Source: Phoronis australis
Lineage: Eukaryota; Animalia; Phoronida
Direction of reading: 5' to 3'
Length of the DNA stretch: 64,000 nucleotides
Assembly (NCBI GenBank): GCA_002633005.1
Contig: NMRA01000049.1
Coordinates: forward strand, 511,189-575,188
In this document: positions 37,432 to 50,074 of the stretch, in pieces
Position numbering within the stretch: the first letter of the stretch is position 1
How the letters are laid out: each line of letters begins with the position of its first letter
The notes under the pieces: model-generated
Database searches by the model: none
What the model was told of the DNA's origin: nothing
Seen by the model: the letters and a program-made list of their open reading frames with translations, nothing else
Translations under genes and position numbers: made by a program

Positions 37432-38331
37432 TAGGCAATGACCATCGCCTCTGTTGGCCCGAACCAGAGGCGATGTAAAGGCTATAGGCGCTCTGTACGC
37501 CGGAAGCTTTTCGGCGAATTATGCCTCGCACCGACTAAACCATCAAAGTCACGTTGTTATAACTACCTTTTGCGCATAGACGAACACCTTAGGAGGTTGT
37601 CAATGAAAGTTCTTCCAACTCGAACAAATACTCCCGTTATGAAACTTTTTCTTCGAGCAGTCCCTATTTCAGTTCCCAAAATCGTGAAATCAAAATTTTC
37701 ATTTTTTTAACCAGGCCGAAGGTCAGAAGTTGCGGACCTACCGGCGAACTTTGAAAGCTGAAGTTCCCGCCCTTCGCGTACGTGCTGCCGGGAACCAGCC
37801 GTGCATATGCCGTGTTGTTAAACATTAAAATGTCAAATATGTGCACAAAGACTTTTAAATGTCATATCAACAGCATTTATTTTTATCAAATACAAACAAT
37901 AATTCATTGAAATACAATCAGTTTCAAGTAACGCCAATTAAAGACAAGTATAAGTGGTGGCATTTTGGAAACGAACATTTGACTGACAAGACCGCAATGG
38001 CTCACCTTTGGCCTATTTAAAAATTATTGAGGTTATGAAGTCACATCACCTAGCGAGCGCGGTAAAAGTTGGAGCGTGCGCAGTACAAAAATTTTGATTT
38101 CACGATTTTGGGAACTGAAATAGGGACTGATCGAAGAAAAAGTTTCATAATGGGAGTATTTGTTCGAGTTGGAAGGACTTAAACACATTGACAACCTCCT
38201 AAGGTGTTCCTCGGTGCGAGGCATAATTCGCCGAAAAGCTTCTGGCGTACAGAGCGCCTATAGCCTCTACATCGCCTCTGGTTCGGGCCAACAGAGGCGA
38301 TGGTCATTGACATTGCCTAGGAGTGGGACTA
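37432..38331. mobile_element. Foldback/Mutator-like non-autonomous element with long TIRs in RABL2 intron 1
   Basis: Arms about 37436-37699 and 38086-38309 are near-perfect inverted repeats (left arm has an extra block of about 45 nt). A 9-bp direct repeat GGTATACCG flanks it at 37423 and 38332. Confidence 0.85.
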
Positions 38332-38454
38332 GGTATACCGATGGCGATACTTCCAGTGATGAGTGAGTCACAAACGCAATCTTCAATCTCAGTCTCACCA
38401 ACAAGCAAAATTACAAAATCTCACACTTCTGACAAATGTATAAGAAATTATTAC

Positions 38455-38552
38455 TTTGACTTTCCCACAGCACTGTCTCCGAGGCATATTACTTTAACTT
38501 TGGTCTCACTGCCATCATCGGCTTCATAGTCGGGTTCTAAACTATCCGCCAT
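38455..38552 (-). CDS. RABL2: RABL2 coding exon 1
   Basis: aaaATGGCG start; encodes MADSLEPDYEADDGSETKVKVICLGDSAVGKS(K) with the RABL2-type P-loop CLGDSAVGKS; donor gtaata. Confidence 0.95.
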
Positions 38553-39081
38553 TTTCACCTGAAATATGTGACCTCGGAAGTAAAACCCATTCCAAAGGCA
38601 AATGTTTCAAAAATTTTCTCAAACTAATAATTTAGAAAATATATGATAAAACCTTTAAACGAATTGCACCTTTGAAAATATTTTTTAGCAAGTTTTTTCT
38701 TTAATTCTTAAAACTCAATTTTTATTACTTGCCATTTACTAACTTTTGCCTATGCTGCATTAACCTCTGATGAATTGAGGTCAGACTTGTCAAGGAGAAG
38801 AAGCTGGCGGGAACTAATTTTCAAGACTAATAATCCCGCATTATTTCCGGATTTATTTGTCCGAGATTTATATCATGGTTGTGTCTTGACAGCATCCACG
38901 ATAAATAGTTGAAGCGAAAGTTGAGAAGGTTGCACTTTGAACAGAAAAGATTTAATTGAATGAGTTACACCATTGAGGCTAGGGTGTACCCCTTGCTACT
39001 TGACTCTAACTAGTCCTAGTGGATTAAAATTTTGCGAATATAAACATTTGATTCGTGTCTTGAGGAAGATTCACTGAAGAC
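38553..39081. promoter_or_regulatory. Probable bidirectional promoter and 5' UTR region between RABL2 (-) and gene 3 (+)
   Basis: Divergent ATGs 530 nt apart. ETS-like CGGAAGT near 38575 and a YY1-like AAAATGGCGG over the RABL2 start codon. Confidence 0.55.
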
Positions 39082-39139
39082 ATGTCTGGACCAATTGGAT
39101 TCGAGTTACATGCACAACCTTCAAACAACAGCTCCATCG
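39082..39139 (+). CDS. Gene 3, putative alternative first exon A
   Basis: Encodes MSGPIGFELHAQPSNNSSI + G|gtaagt (consensus donor, phase 1); contains PIGF. Confidence 0.65.
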
Positions 39140-39617
39140 GTAAGTCTTTGTAAAAAGAAAGGATATATATCATTAAAAATTCTCAGTAGTAAAATTTTGG
39201 TACTGTCTATGCCATGCCATGCCCATGGATGATGAATGCAAGCTTTCAGCATGTTTCTGTGAAATGAAAACCGATTTAAAAAACACTACAAGGCTGGCAT
39301 CAGAACATTTTCAAACTCCTCTTTTAAAGATTGCTTGCACAAGGGTCACTATATGTATTTAAATTTTTCTTAAGTGTGAAATATAATTTTTGAAACGGAT
39401 ATTGATACTGCTATGCAATGGGAGTAAACTATTGGATGTATAGCCTACATTGAGTGGTATTAGTCACTCGCAGGTGTACGGTACAAGATTTTGTTTTTCA
39501 CTGAATAGGGAACATCAAACTGAGTGGTACCCATGTAACTGACTAGTTCCTATTGTGTAATGCTTTAAATTTTAACATTTTTTAAAACTTTATAATTGCA
39601 TGACTAGATCGAAATTC

Positions 39618-39760
39618 GGTAAAAGTGGAGTAAACTGGTCCCATTTGAAAATGGCTACCGAGAACCAGTTTTCACTCAGGAAGGGCAATATGCGTTATGT
39701 TGAGTGAAACTGGTTCCCGGTAGCCATTTTGAAGAGGGACCCATTTACTCCACTTTTACC
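39618..39760. repeat. 143-nt hairpin/MITE with GAGAACCAGTT core
   Basis: GGTAAAAGTGGAGTAAA...AAAATGGCTACCGAGAACCAGTTT pairs with AAACTGGTTCCCGGTAGCCATTTT...TTTACTCCACTTTTACC. Confidence 0.85.
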
Positions 39761-42700
39761 CAACATTCAGCCAAATACCTCAACAACTGCTTTCTCACGT
39801 AATAATTTGGGACGTAGGATTGCGACCATTTGGTAGAACTAACTGAAGTCATTGCCTGTAACCTCATGATTAAACAGGCTTAACACTCTGCTCCATGCTA
39901 CTATGGGTTTAGTGCCTTACTTGTAACTAACTAGAGGTTAGACAGTGTTGGTGGGCTTTTAGCTCTACTACCTAAAGGTTTCACTACACCACTCGGGTTG
40001 TGGGGTTGAATTTGCCTGTAGGCTGATACACAGCGGTAGCATTTACATGTGAAAAAATTTTGTGGTATTTGCTGAACGGTTATCTGTGATTGTTTACATG
40101 ATGATTTTCTGGCCATTACGGTTGAAGTTTACAACAAAACAAAACCGGATCTTCAACTGGTAAGAACCAAGGATATGAGTATTTATTACTCCCACTGAAA
40201 AACACACGGGTGGTCGCCACACCGGGCCAAAGCCCCTGATCCATCATACTGGTATGCAAAACGATTCAGATCCTTTGTACGTGAGTGTACACCACGCTAT
40301 CTTTCTTGGTTCCTGAGAGAATGCCGTGGATTTTGGCATCCTGTCGAAGACCGATTAAAACCTTGCAACTCCCCTCTGCCCACATTGCCGGAATAAAACA
40401 AAAACACTTCACGTTTTGTGCTTCAAAGCAATGACATGAAGTGTGCATGCATTTGGTTGAACCACGTTCTGTATCTGAAAGTTGTCCCAGTGGTTTGTTG
40501 CAGCTGTCACGTTTTGTTTGGTGTTTTACTCGGCTTTTGCCTAGTAAACTCTACAATTTTTAGCAGGTTATAAAGGGCTGATTAAAGTTGGTATTTTACT
40601 TGGTATATTGAAATGACAATCTAAAAAATCAGAATGGTAATTAAAAGGTCCATGTGTAAACAGGTCTTGTGTTATTCCAATAATATCATTTTAATATTAG
40701 TGATTTCGAAAAGAAAAAATACCAGTATTAATTGTGAGGTTAGTCAATGGTTGACTTTGATATTTTCAGGATTGCTGCTTCTTGTCACTTTTTCAATTCT
40801 TGCCAGTTAATTAAAGTATATTACAAATATGTCATTTGACCAGGTTTTCAGTATAATTAATTCAGCATTTTGTACATTTAATTTTAATAATAAAACTTTT
40901 ACTTTTTGTAAAATCTCCATCCATTGGCCTTGCGATGAAGTATTTTCTTCATCCGAATTCAGATCAGGAGGTGTGCGAACCCCCTGGTCAGTCACTTTTA
41001 CACTGCTGTAGTGAAGGAATCTCCCTTGTCCGACCACACAGGACTAAAGTTGCGGACAGTCAGAGGCTGCTCGGGTACCCTTGTCCTTTATGTATTTTGC
41101 TCTAGGCCTTTCTAGGCCTAACTCAACTGGGTGTTGTTCATAAATAAGAAATGTACCGGTTTGATGGCAGCTTTTCAGTAAATGGCTTCCAGATGCAGCA
41201 TTTTACACATTTAAGAAAATGAATTTTAAAAAGATTTTTCCCAAATTTTATTTGTCTACAGTAAATGGGCTTGCAGTGAAGCTGGTCTGTCATAGGCTGT
41301 TGAAGTTTTTAAGCTCCTTGATGCCCCTAGATCCGTGATTATGTAACACCTTGCTTAAAATTCAGTGCATGTGTTCAGATTTATGGGTATTGTCATCAGG
41401 GAGTGTCCATATGTCTTCATGAAGTTCTGTGCCCCAGGTTGTGCATAAACCAGTCCACAGCTGTTGTTGATATTGCTGAAAGGTATGTGTGTCAACTGTA
41501 GGAATGCAAAGGTTTTGGAATGGCGCAAATTTTTGCCCAGAAAACTCTGTTGCTGAAACGAAATTCTGTAGAACGGAAGTGTTAGCAGTAGGCATACTTT
41601 AGTGTTGTGAACCTTGAAGACATGCTGAAATGTGCAGTGTCACGAGGTGCTGATAGAGTATTTTGCGTGCAAATGTGCAATGCCACCTGAGATTTTAAAA
41701 CAGTGAATTTGTATTCGTTCTTTGAATTATTTGAAAGAAATTGCATTACGAGGTAATTTGTCTTTGCTCAATTTGCCCCTCTCTCGATGAACAGAATTTG
41801 AAGTTAAGTCCAACAGATATCTATTTTTGCAATGTCAAATGTTCAGGGTTCACATTGGTTTACTGGCAGCCGATGTTCTAAGCGTATCATGTATGTTATA
41901 CAAAACCACTTCCAAACTCATTAATGAGTAATCATTAAGTTTTACAAAACAGTGATTGTTATGAAATTGAAACCTCACCTATGTCGTTCTCCAGCAACCT
42001 GGGGTTAATTGAGGATTTCAACAATAGGGCATCCAAAATGTATTTCCCAATTTCTCAGGGAGTGCGACTACGTTTTTTATGGTTCAAAGTCTAATTCATG
42101 TTATAATGTGGTATGTTACTATGGAGATATGGGTCAGCATTGAGAGTTATTGTTACAGTTCTTACATCACAACTTTTTATTCTCCTTGGACAGACCACTG
42201 GGACCACCCCCTCCCCTCTGCCCCCTCAAGGCTGTTGGCAAATTAAAAGAGTTACTCATAATGGCTTGCTCGTGTACTTTACTTGGGCATCCGAATGCTC
42301 ACAGGGCGTCAAATGGTGGCCATGGCATTCTACCTAGCCTTGGGTGTCTAAATTTGTCCCTTTGGAGGCCCAACATATGAAAGCCTGCGACTGCTACGGC
42401 ACACATGTTATTTTGTACAGCACTTGAATTGATAGAGCCGATCATCTGTGTTTTGCTGAATAGTATTTTTTGTGTCATAAAAATTCAATGTGGTGTATTA
42501 ATCAATAATGCTTATCGAGCTTCTTCTCGGCTATACTAACATGTAGTAAACTAATACCTAACGGGCCTGCCAACATCCATAGTCAAATGCCCATTAACGG
42601 GGTTATAGGTATGATTCATACAACTTCAGATCAACACCTTTGCCAGAATGCCATTTACCTTCCTTGTTCAGTCATTTTGGATATTTAGCATTGAATAGGA

Positions 42701-44662
42701 CTGATATATAAGGGGCTGTAACGATATTTTTTATTTTGGTAATTCTTAAATGTTAAACTCAATTGAAATATTTCAGTGTTGTGAATAATTTTGGTAGAAA
42801 ATCAAGGTTGCTGATGGTCATGTATTGTCGGAGTGTTTGTTGCTCAAAGATTACCTGTTCATAGTGGGGAAACTGATTCTCATTGAACAATTCATAGAAC
42901 TGAATTGGAGATCATCACGGTATTTTACAGACCCTTTTGAGATTGTTTAAATTGCTCCAGGTTGTTATGACACTTCTGTTTGTCAAAGATTTTCTACTCC
43001 AGCATTGCCCAACTATCTTTATCTAGGTCACTGTGCATTCTTGTCATAGGATTCCTCCTACATACTCAAGCAACACACCCATCTGATATGAGCATCACTT
43101 GAGGTGTGTACTATACTGTTCCCTATTCAAATTTATTCTGTCCTGCCCCTTTCTCTGTCTCCAACTGCTATCCCCAGGACACTGTGGTTTGAGTTTACAC
43201 TACTGCCACACTTCCCAAGTCCACTGCCTTTGGAATTTTTATGGTTTCCAGACTGACCTCTTCTGTAGACTGTTTGAACTGACTATGGTGTTGGTCATTC
43301 TGATCTGTTGTGGGCAGTGTTCATTCTCATGAACATTCATCACAGTTGGTCTAGAGCAGATACATCATGAAAAGTTATTTTTGTAAAATCTCTGTAATTT
43401 TGGATGAAAACAATTGCAAAATTGGCATTTTTTCATTTCCAAATGGCTTGTCCACGATCAGGGTGATTTTTGGACACCAAATTCACCAAATTTTTTAAAA
43501 TTTGATGTAGGCGTACCAACGCATTATAAATTTGTAGCTTTGACTGTCCTGAACAGTTCGTGAACACTTGTTTTAAGCATTCAAACCGAATATTGTGTGA
43601 ATAATCAACTATTTAAGCGATACGGTAATATTAATGTATGGGCATCTACAGATGATACAAAGCAAGTATTTACTCAGATTTCTTGATCTCAAACAAGACA
43701 ATACCTTTTAATAAAGTCTTGGTATTTATTTTATTATACTGGTAATTGCAACATGAACTTTATACCATGGTTAAACATTGTTGCCATGGAGTGTCCTTGT
43801 TTAGTCTAAGGAGGCTACAAAATGTCTAGGGACACTACATTCATGGATGGTACTTACTTATTGTCAACTCCAGAGATATAGTTATCATTAATTGACTTGT
43901 GTGAATAAAGTGTATCCGGAAGCATATTCCATGAGATGAAACACTGACTGAGTTACAGCAACTGGTAGTTAACATGTTTATAGAGAGATCTAGGGACGCT
44001 ACACTTTTGGAATGGACTAAGTCTACATTTCATGTGTTCAAAATCCACATTTTAGAGTCAACGCTTAGGGTGTATTTCAATTATTCCATCTTTATATGTG
44101 ACAGTCACTATCAGAAAGCAAACTTTTAAGAGTTCCTAGGTCTCCACGTATTATTTTATTGTGGTATGAACTAAATAGAAACAAAGATAAATTGTAAAAT
44201 ATATAACGAAAAATATTGTTGATTCAGCGTGCAATATCTTTGGTTCCAGCCATCAGATTACAATTTGGTTTTGCGCAATAAAAATCTGCAAGAATTGAGC
44301 ATTTTAAAAGGTTTTCCTATGATGCTATATTTCTAAATGCATAATTATAATTGCTATCTTCCTAAAATGGACACGTATAACATCACAAAATGCAATGTTT
44401 CTGGTAACTTGTAGCGCTTTAAAATTTCTGAGGCCAATATAATTATCCCTTGGAAGAATTCATTGACAATAGTACAATACACGTATGTGGACATAAATAC
44501 ACAGAAACACCCCATAACCTGACTAATTGCAATTACCGGTATACCCTGATTGTGGACAAGCCGAGTTGAATGCCCAGTTTCTCAAAACGTTGTTCTATGG
44601 CAGGAATGGTATACAAGTTGAGACTGATAAGGTCTTTATTGTGTGATACTTTTATAAAACAG

Positions 44663-44735
44663 GAGGAAATAGTTCGGCCTGGCGGACTGAGTGCCTTCTG
44701 TTCACAAGGTCGTGGGTTCGAATCCTACTGGACAC
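44663..44735 (+). mobile_element. tRNA-derived SINE head or decayed tRNA-like sequence
   Basis: A-box-like TAGTTCGGCCTGG and a perfect B-box/T-arm GTGGGTTCGAATCCTAC; no convincing anticodon or acceptor stem. Confidence 0.5.
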
Positions 44736-44767
44736 ACTGCTAGACCTTTGAGTCTCTATCTCCTCAG

Positions 44768-46292
44768 CTCTGTCTTCATTTGTGTATCCCTCTTATGTGT
44801 TTTACATGCGTTCATTAATGAAATAAAAATGGTTTCTGGTGTTTGGTGCAACGGGCCTGACTGAGCGGCCTGTGCGCATGTGATACGACATGTATCAGAC
44901 CACCTGCACTATATTTTTATAAAAAAGAAAAAAAAAACAAATTTCAATTGTCTGCCATATGGTGTCCTGAAATGGCAAGATTTTATTGCATCAGTACCAT
45001 TTTATTTTTGAAAACTAACACCGGATGTTTGCAGACAGTCCAGTTTTCCTCTTTAGAGTTTCTTACGGTAGTTCCAAAACTTATAGCGAAGTTTTCTTTT
45101 AGTCGTTCTTTAGTTTTGTTTCGTATGTCTCTGAATTGCATTCTCAGTAGCACCAGTGACTGTATGCGCAGTTACCTGTCAGGTGTATTGGGATCCTCAG
45201 TAACACTCGTGTACAAAGTTATCTGTCAGGTGAGATTGATTCGCACTGGCTTTTGACTTCTTCACATCTTCAAGGTCTTCATACTCACAAGTTCTAACAA
45301 TTTTCTTTTGGATTAATGTTAGGGGTTGACCTCCACTGCATTGTAGCAAGTGTAGTATTTGGCCTCTGCCTATCATTGTTAGAAGCTAACTATTATTATA
45401 AATTTCTTTATTTAGAAATTGCCTAATATAATTGCCCCTGTAGATTACTATAAGCTAATTGTCTCTCATCCAACAAATCATGTGGGAGATAGAGTGAAAT
45501 ACATTGGCTAATTCTATGATAACCACTCCAGCNCTCTGTCTTCATTTGTGTATCCCTCTTATGTGTTTTACATGCGTTCATTAATGAAATAAAAATGGTT
45601 TCTGGTGTTTGGTGCAACAGGCCTGACTGAGCGGCCTGTGCGCATGTGATACGACATGTATCAGACCACCTACACTATATTTTTATAAAAAAGAAAAAAA
45701 ACAAATTTCAGTTGTCTGCCATATGGTGTCCTGAAATGGCAAGATTTTATTGCATCAGTACCATTTTATTTTTGAAAACTAACACCGGATGTTTGCAGAC
45801 AGTTCAGTTTTCCTCTTTAGAGTTTTTTACGGTAGTTCCAAAACTTATAATGAAATTTTCTTTTAGTCGTTCTTTAGTTTTGCTTCGTATGTCTCTGAAT
45901 TGCATTCTCAGTAGCACCAGTGACTGTATGCGCAGTTACCTGTCAGGTGTATTGGGATCCTCAGTAACACTCGTGAACAAAGTTATCTGTCAGGGGTGAT
46001 TGATTCGCACGGGCTTTTGGCTTCTTCACATCTTCAAGGTCTACATACTCACAAGTTCTCACAATTTTCTTTTGGATTAATGTCAGGGGTTGACCTCCAC
46101 TGCATTGTAGCAAGTGTAGTATTTGGCCTCTGCCTATCATTGTTAGAAGCTAACTATTATTCATTTCTTTATTTAGAAATTGCCTAATATAATTGCCCCG
46201 GTAGATTACAATAAGCTAATTGTCTCTCAACCAACAAATCATGTGGGAGATAGAGTGAAATACATTGGCTAATTCTATGATAACCACTCCAG
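44768..46292. repeat. About 760 bp direct duplication centred on N45533; probable uncollapsed haplotypes
   Basis: 44768-45532 is nearly identical to 45534-46292 and the junction is exactly the N. Confidence 0.9.
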
Positions 46293-46483
46293 CTATGATT
46301 AATTTCACGCTTATCAGGGCGAGGTTCTCCATTTTACCTGCACGTAGTGGCATTCCGTTCTGACTGATATCCACAGAGGTGAAGGGCTTACTGACTGGGA
46401 GATGCCTGTGGAGTACTTGTAGTCATTGTATGTTCATGAACCAAATTTATTAGATTGTTAAGGAGTCCTGGACAGCCTCAAAG

Positions 46484-46580
46484 ATGGATCGCAATGCTCA
46501 GGCTGGGAGTACAAGTGACATTCCTATTGGGTTTAACATTGCCTATGGACCAGTAATGAACAATCCCAGCTATGGCATTG
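46484..46580 (+). CDS. Gene 3, putative alternative first exon B
   Basis: aagATGG context; encodes MDRNAQAGSTSDIPIGFNIAYGPVMNNPSYGI + G|gtaagt (phase 1); contains PIGF and an NPSY also present in exon C. Confidence 0.68.
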
Positions 46581-49500
46581 GTAAGTATCAACACGGTGGG
46601 GGTACTCCCATAGAAGAAGTGCACAGAAAGTGACACTTAAGTGGGTGACTTTTTCACGACTAGTTTCTTTGTTAAAGGTATCATTTCTGGCAAAAGAAGA
46701 TTTGGAACTGACAAAGGCTCATTTTTTCAACTGTAAAGATCTGCAAAAAGGCTCTTAACGAATTTTTCGTAACTTGTAGCAAAATTTGTACTGATTTTGA
46801 CACGGGCCCTCTTCTGGTATTTGTCCAGACTTAATGAGTTTAAAACACAGCTGTTGAAGGATCTCCACAAAACTGAGGGTTAGGCTTATGGAATACGCCC
46901 CACCAAAGGGCAGTGTTCATGGAAAAAAACTGTGAAAGAGCTCCCTACAAATGGGTCCCTTTTCTAATCCACTCTCTAGTCTGAACGGGAGGAGAACTCT
47001 GGAATTTCCAGCAGCTCCCGGTCAAAATTATAATGCAGTACCCTCCTCCCAGTGTCAGGTATTACCTAAGGTGTGATAGTGGTCACCAGAGTAACAAGAC
47101 TATAAATGTGCTGCTTTTTCTATCATGCTTACACTGAAAGGGGAGTGCCTCCTAAATCACGCCTACGCTGTGAGTTGCCGTGGAACAACTAGACCATGAG
47201 CATCTTGTCCCTGTTCATCCGAGCATCGATTCTATACATCGCATCCACACTAAACATCGTACACCTTGCGACAAGTATAGCACAAATATGTATGTATAGG
47301 ACAGTGGAAGCGCAAGCGCAAGCGCACTGCTAGTAACTCCTGCCACCTACAACACTATGGCGTGCACTGTGACACGTGACTCTCAAACATGTTACTCCTC
47401 CTCTGTAAGGTGTGGTAAGCTTTCGCACACAAGATGCCTAGGCGCAGATAGTGCCAACGCCACTACTAAATCAACTTGTTCATGTAAAAATTCTTCAGTT
47501 TGGGAATTACAGCTCAACGTGACACAGACTGGTGAAATCACTCATTTACTACAAAAATAACTTTCCAAGAAAATTTACTTTGCTATTACCATGGTTTCTA
47601 TGGCGTAGCTATACTATTACCAAACAACATTTGGTAAAATTTCAAGCATTTGCAACAATGTGGTAAGCCTCTGCAAAAATAGCAATGTGGCGATTTTAGC
47701 AATTATTTTTGTCCTGTATTGAAGCGATTTTTAATGGTATAGCACTTAAACATGAGGTAACGTTAATTTGATGGTACAGAAAATAAAATGTCACTTGTCT
47801 ACCATATTGTGGTGAGATTTTCCATAATTGTTCTTTTGGATGCTGTTTCCAGGGGTGAATGGTTTGTTTGCATTCAGGAGGTCAAAAATCCACATTTATT
47901 CAGGGCAAGATTATCTTGTTGATTCACAATTAAACATGGATCTCAAGTGCCTAGGATGTGCCATCTGGCTAGTGGGAAGTCTTTAATCTTTGCATAAAAT
48001 TAGTTGCCTGGCAACATAAGAAATCAATTAAAGCCATATCGATGCTGGACACCTAGCTTGAGGACAAGTCGCATTTGGGAACTTGGCGAAAATCCCTGGT
48101 CACCAAGCAAAATCTGAGGTCACCAAGTCGGAGGTTACCAAACCTGATGTTGAAGTCATCGCCAAAAAAGGTCATGCTGTACTCCGTTCTCGGAAACTTG
48201 AGCATACCTCTTATATTTCTATCGTAAAAAATATGCAACATTTAATCTTTGACTTAATTCCTCCTGCCAGCGAAGATAGAACGCAGTCATTTGCAATACA
48301 CTGGAGGTGTATGTTTCACCGATCTTGCCCGATTTTTGTCAAAGTTTTCCGACTTCTGTCTACTTCCTGTTGTAATTTATGCGCATGTTTGATGTGTGCT
48401 GACTGCTGTGGTGGCAAACGTTACTGATTTCACAAAATAAACGGAACCATTATGAACCAAAGGTATTGATTCTAGGAAAACTTAGTAATTTAATGTTTGG
48501 ATTTCAACACAAACTTTGAAAAGAATTTCAGGGGAATTAGTGGCTGACTTTAATACTCGCAGTGACGACTTCATGGCGACTCCATGGCGACTTGGGATTT
48601 TTCCCTGGCAACCTGCAGGTTGCCAAATCGAGCACTGCACATAGACCACGGTCCTTAAAAATGTGTGTTTGTCTCGAGTTGGGTGTTCCCAATTTTGGAT
48701 AGTTTGAAAAGTAGGAGTTGATTTTATTGTCGCTGTGGTTAGATTTGGCTCTGCTTGCTACCTTGGCATGAAGTCCGGTTTAGAGTTAATGATCTAACAA
48801 TTCCTGGTGTAAATGTTTTCAAGCAAAATCTAATTTTGGATTAGAGGGCCTATAATGCCAGCAGGTGAGGAACACCTAACATGAGCATTTGCGAGTTGTC
48901 ATGGCACAAGTTATCAGGGCGTGAGTTGCTCCACTTCAGCAGTGGCATATACAAGATATTTTCGCAAACTGGATCAGGACGGGAGTCAAATATACAATGA
49001 AAGTGTACACGTGTTTGGATAAGCAATGGCGTACATCCAAAACAATGTGGTCACCTGCACAATGAAAGATGTCCCCTACCGCCTTGTCCCAGTTGGCAGA
49101 AATTTATCCTGTGTTACTTGCTGTACCTCTCAAACCAGTAACAAAAATAGCCAAGCAGTATTTTACACACATACTACTTGCATCTGTTCCGAGCAGCTGC
49201 TCTGTGTAAAATGCTGCTGTCAGACTTAACTTGTGGTTCCACTGCCCATAGTCTACCCAGTTGTGTATTATGCAATATATTGTAGTGCAACTGGGCTCAG
49301 CTATTCATGAGAGTACAGACATATACAAGTGAACTCCAGCTTAAAGTACATGCTGGTTTACTTACAGAGTTTGATTGTGCAAGACTTAAATTGGAATGAC
49401 TTACAGGGACAGGTGGGGATAGGTGGGACCTTACAGGTCTGCATATGCAGCCAAGGAGTATAAAACTATTGATTTTAACTCATTATATGTTTTTGAAAGT

Positions 49501-50074
49501 AGAAAGCTCGCAGAATGTTATTTGTGTTTTATTTACTAATCTGTTATTAATTATTGGGTCACGTGGTATATTGAAGGTATACTGATTGCTAAACAGTGGT
49601 ATCAGTTATCAATAGCATGCTCAATTTTTTTTATTTTATTTCAATTAGAAATTCAAGGTGAGGTCTCAAAAACACTGCTACAAGTTTCTAAAATATTATT
49701 TCGTTTTTCGTTTTTGTACTATTTTAAACTTTTTTCATGAAAATCACTAATAATCTCATGCAAAAGCAGAATTTAAAAATAATTCCTTATTTTGTTTTTG
49801 AAAACATTGCGTAAAGCACACTTTGTGAGATGTGATGTTTCGAAGTTAGCCAATTTATTTTAGTTCTGTCCGAACACCGACTTACCCTAGAACCTTGTGC
49901 TTTTCTGCAACTTACCCTACTAAGTGGAGCATCCACACACGCACGCATGCTCGCACGCATGCTTACACACTTATCCGATAACTAGCGCAAGACAAAGTTG
50001 TTGCTCTGTGCGCAACAGTGAAGATCTGATGTGAATACGGGGTACAAAAGCAGACTTGTCTCACCATTTGTATG

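Noticed and set aside
37438-38366. Similar ORFs on opposite strands (EHLRRLSM)
   Set aside because: They result from the inverted arms of the foldback element; no transposase motifs.
44663-44735. Functional tRNA gene
   Set aside because: Only the T-arm/B-box is convincing; no cloverleaf with anticodon and acceptor stems could be formed.
44948-45999. Paired ORFs of 102 and 117 aa suggesting a duplicated gene
   Set aside because: They have non-ATG starts and no recognisable domain, and their similarity just reflects the N-centred duplication.
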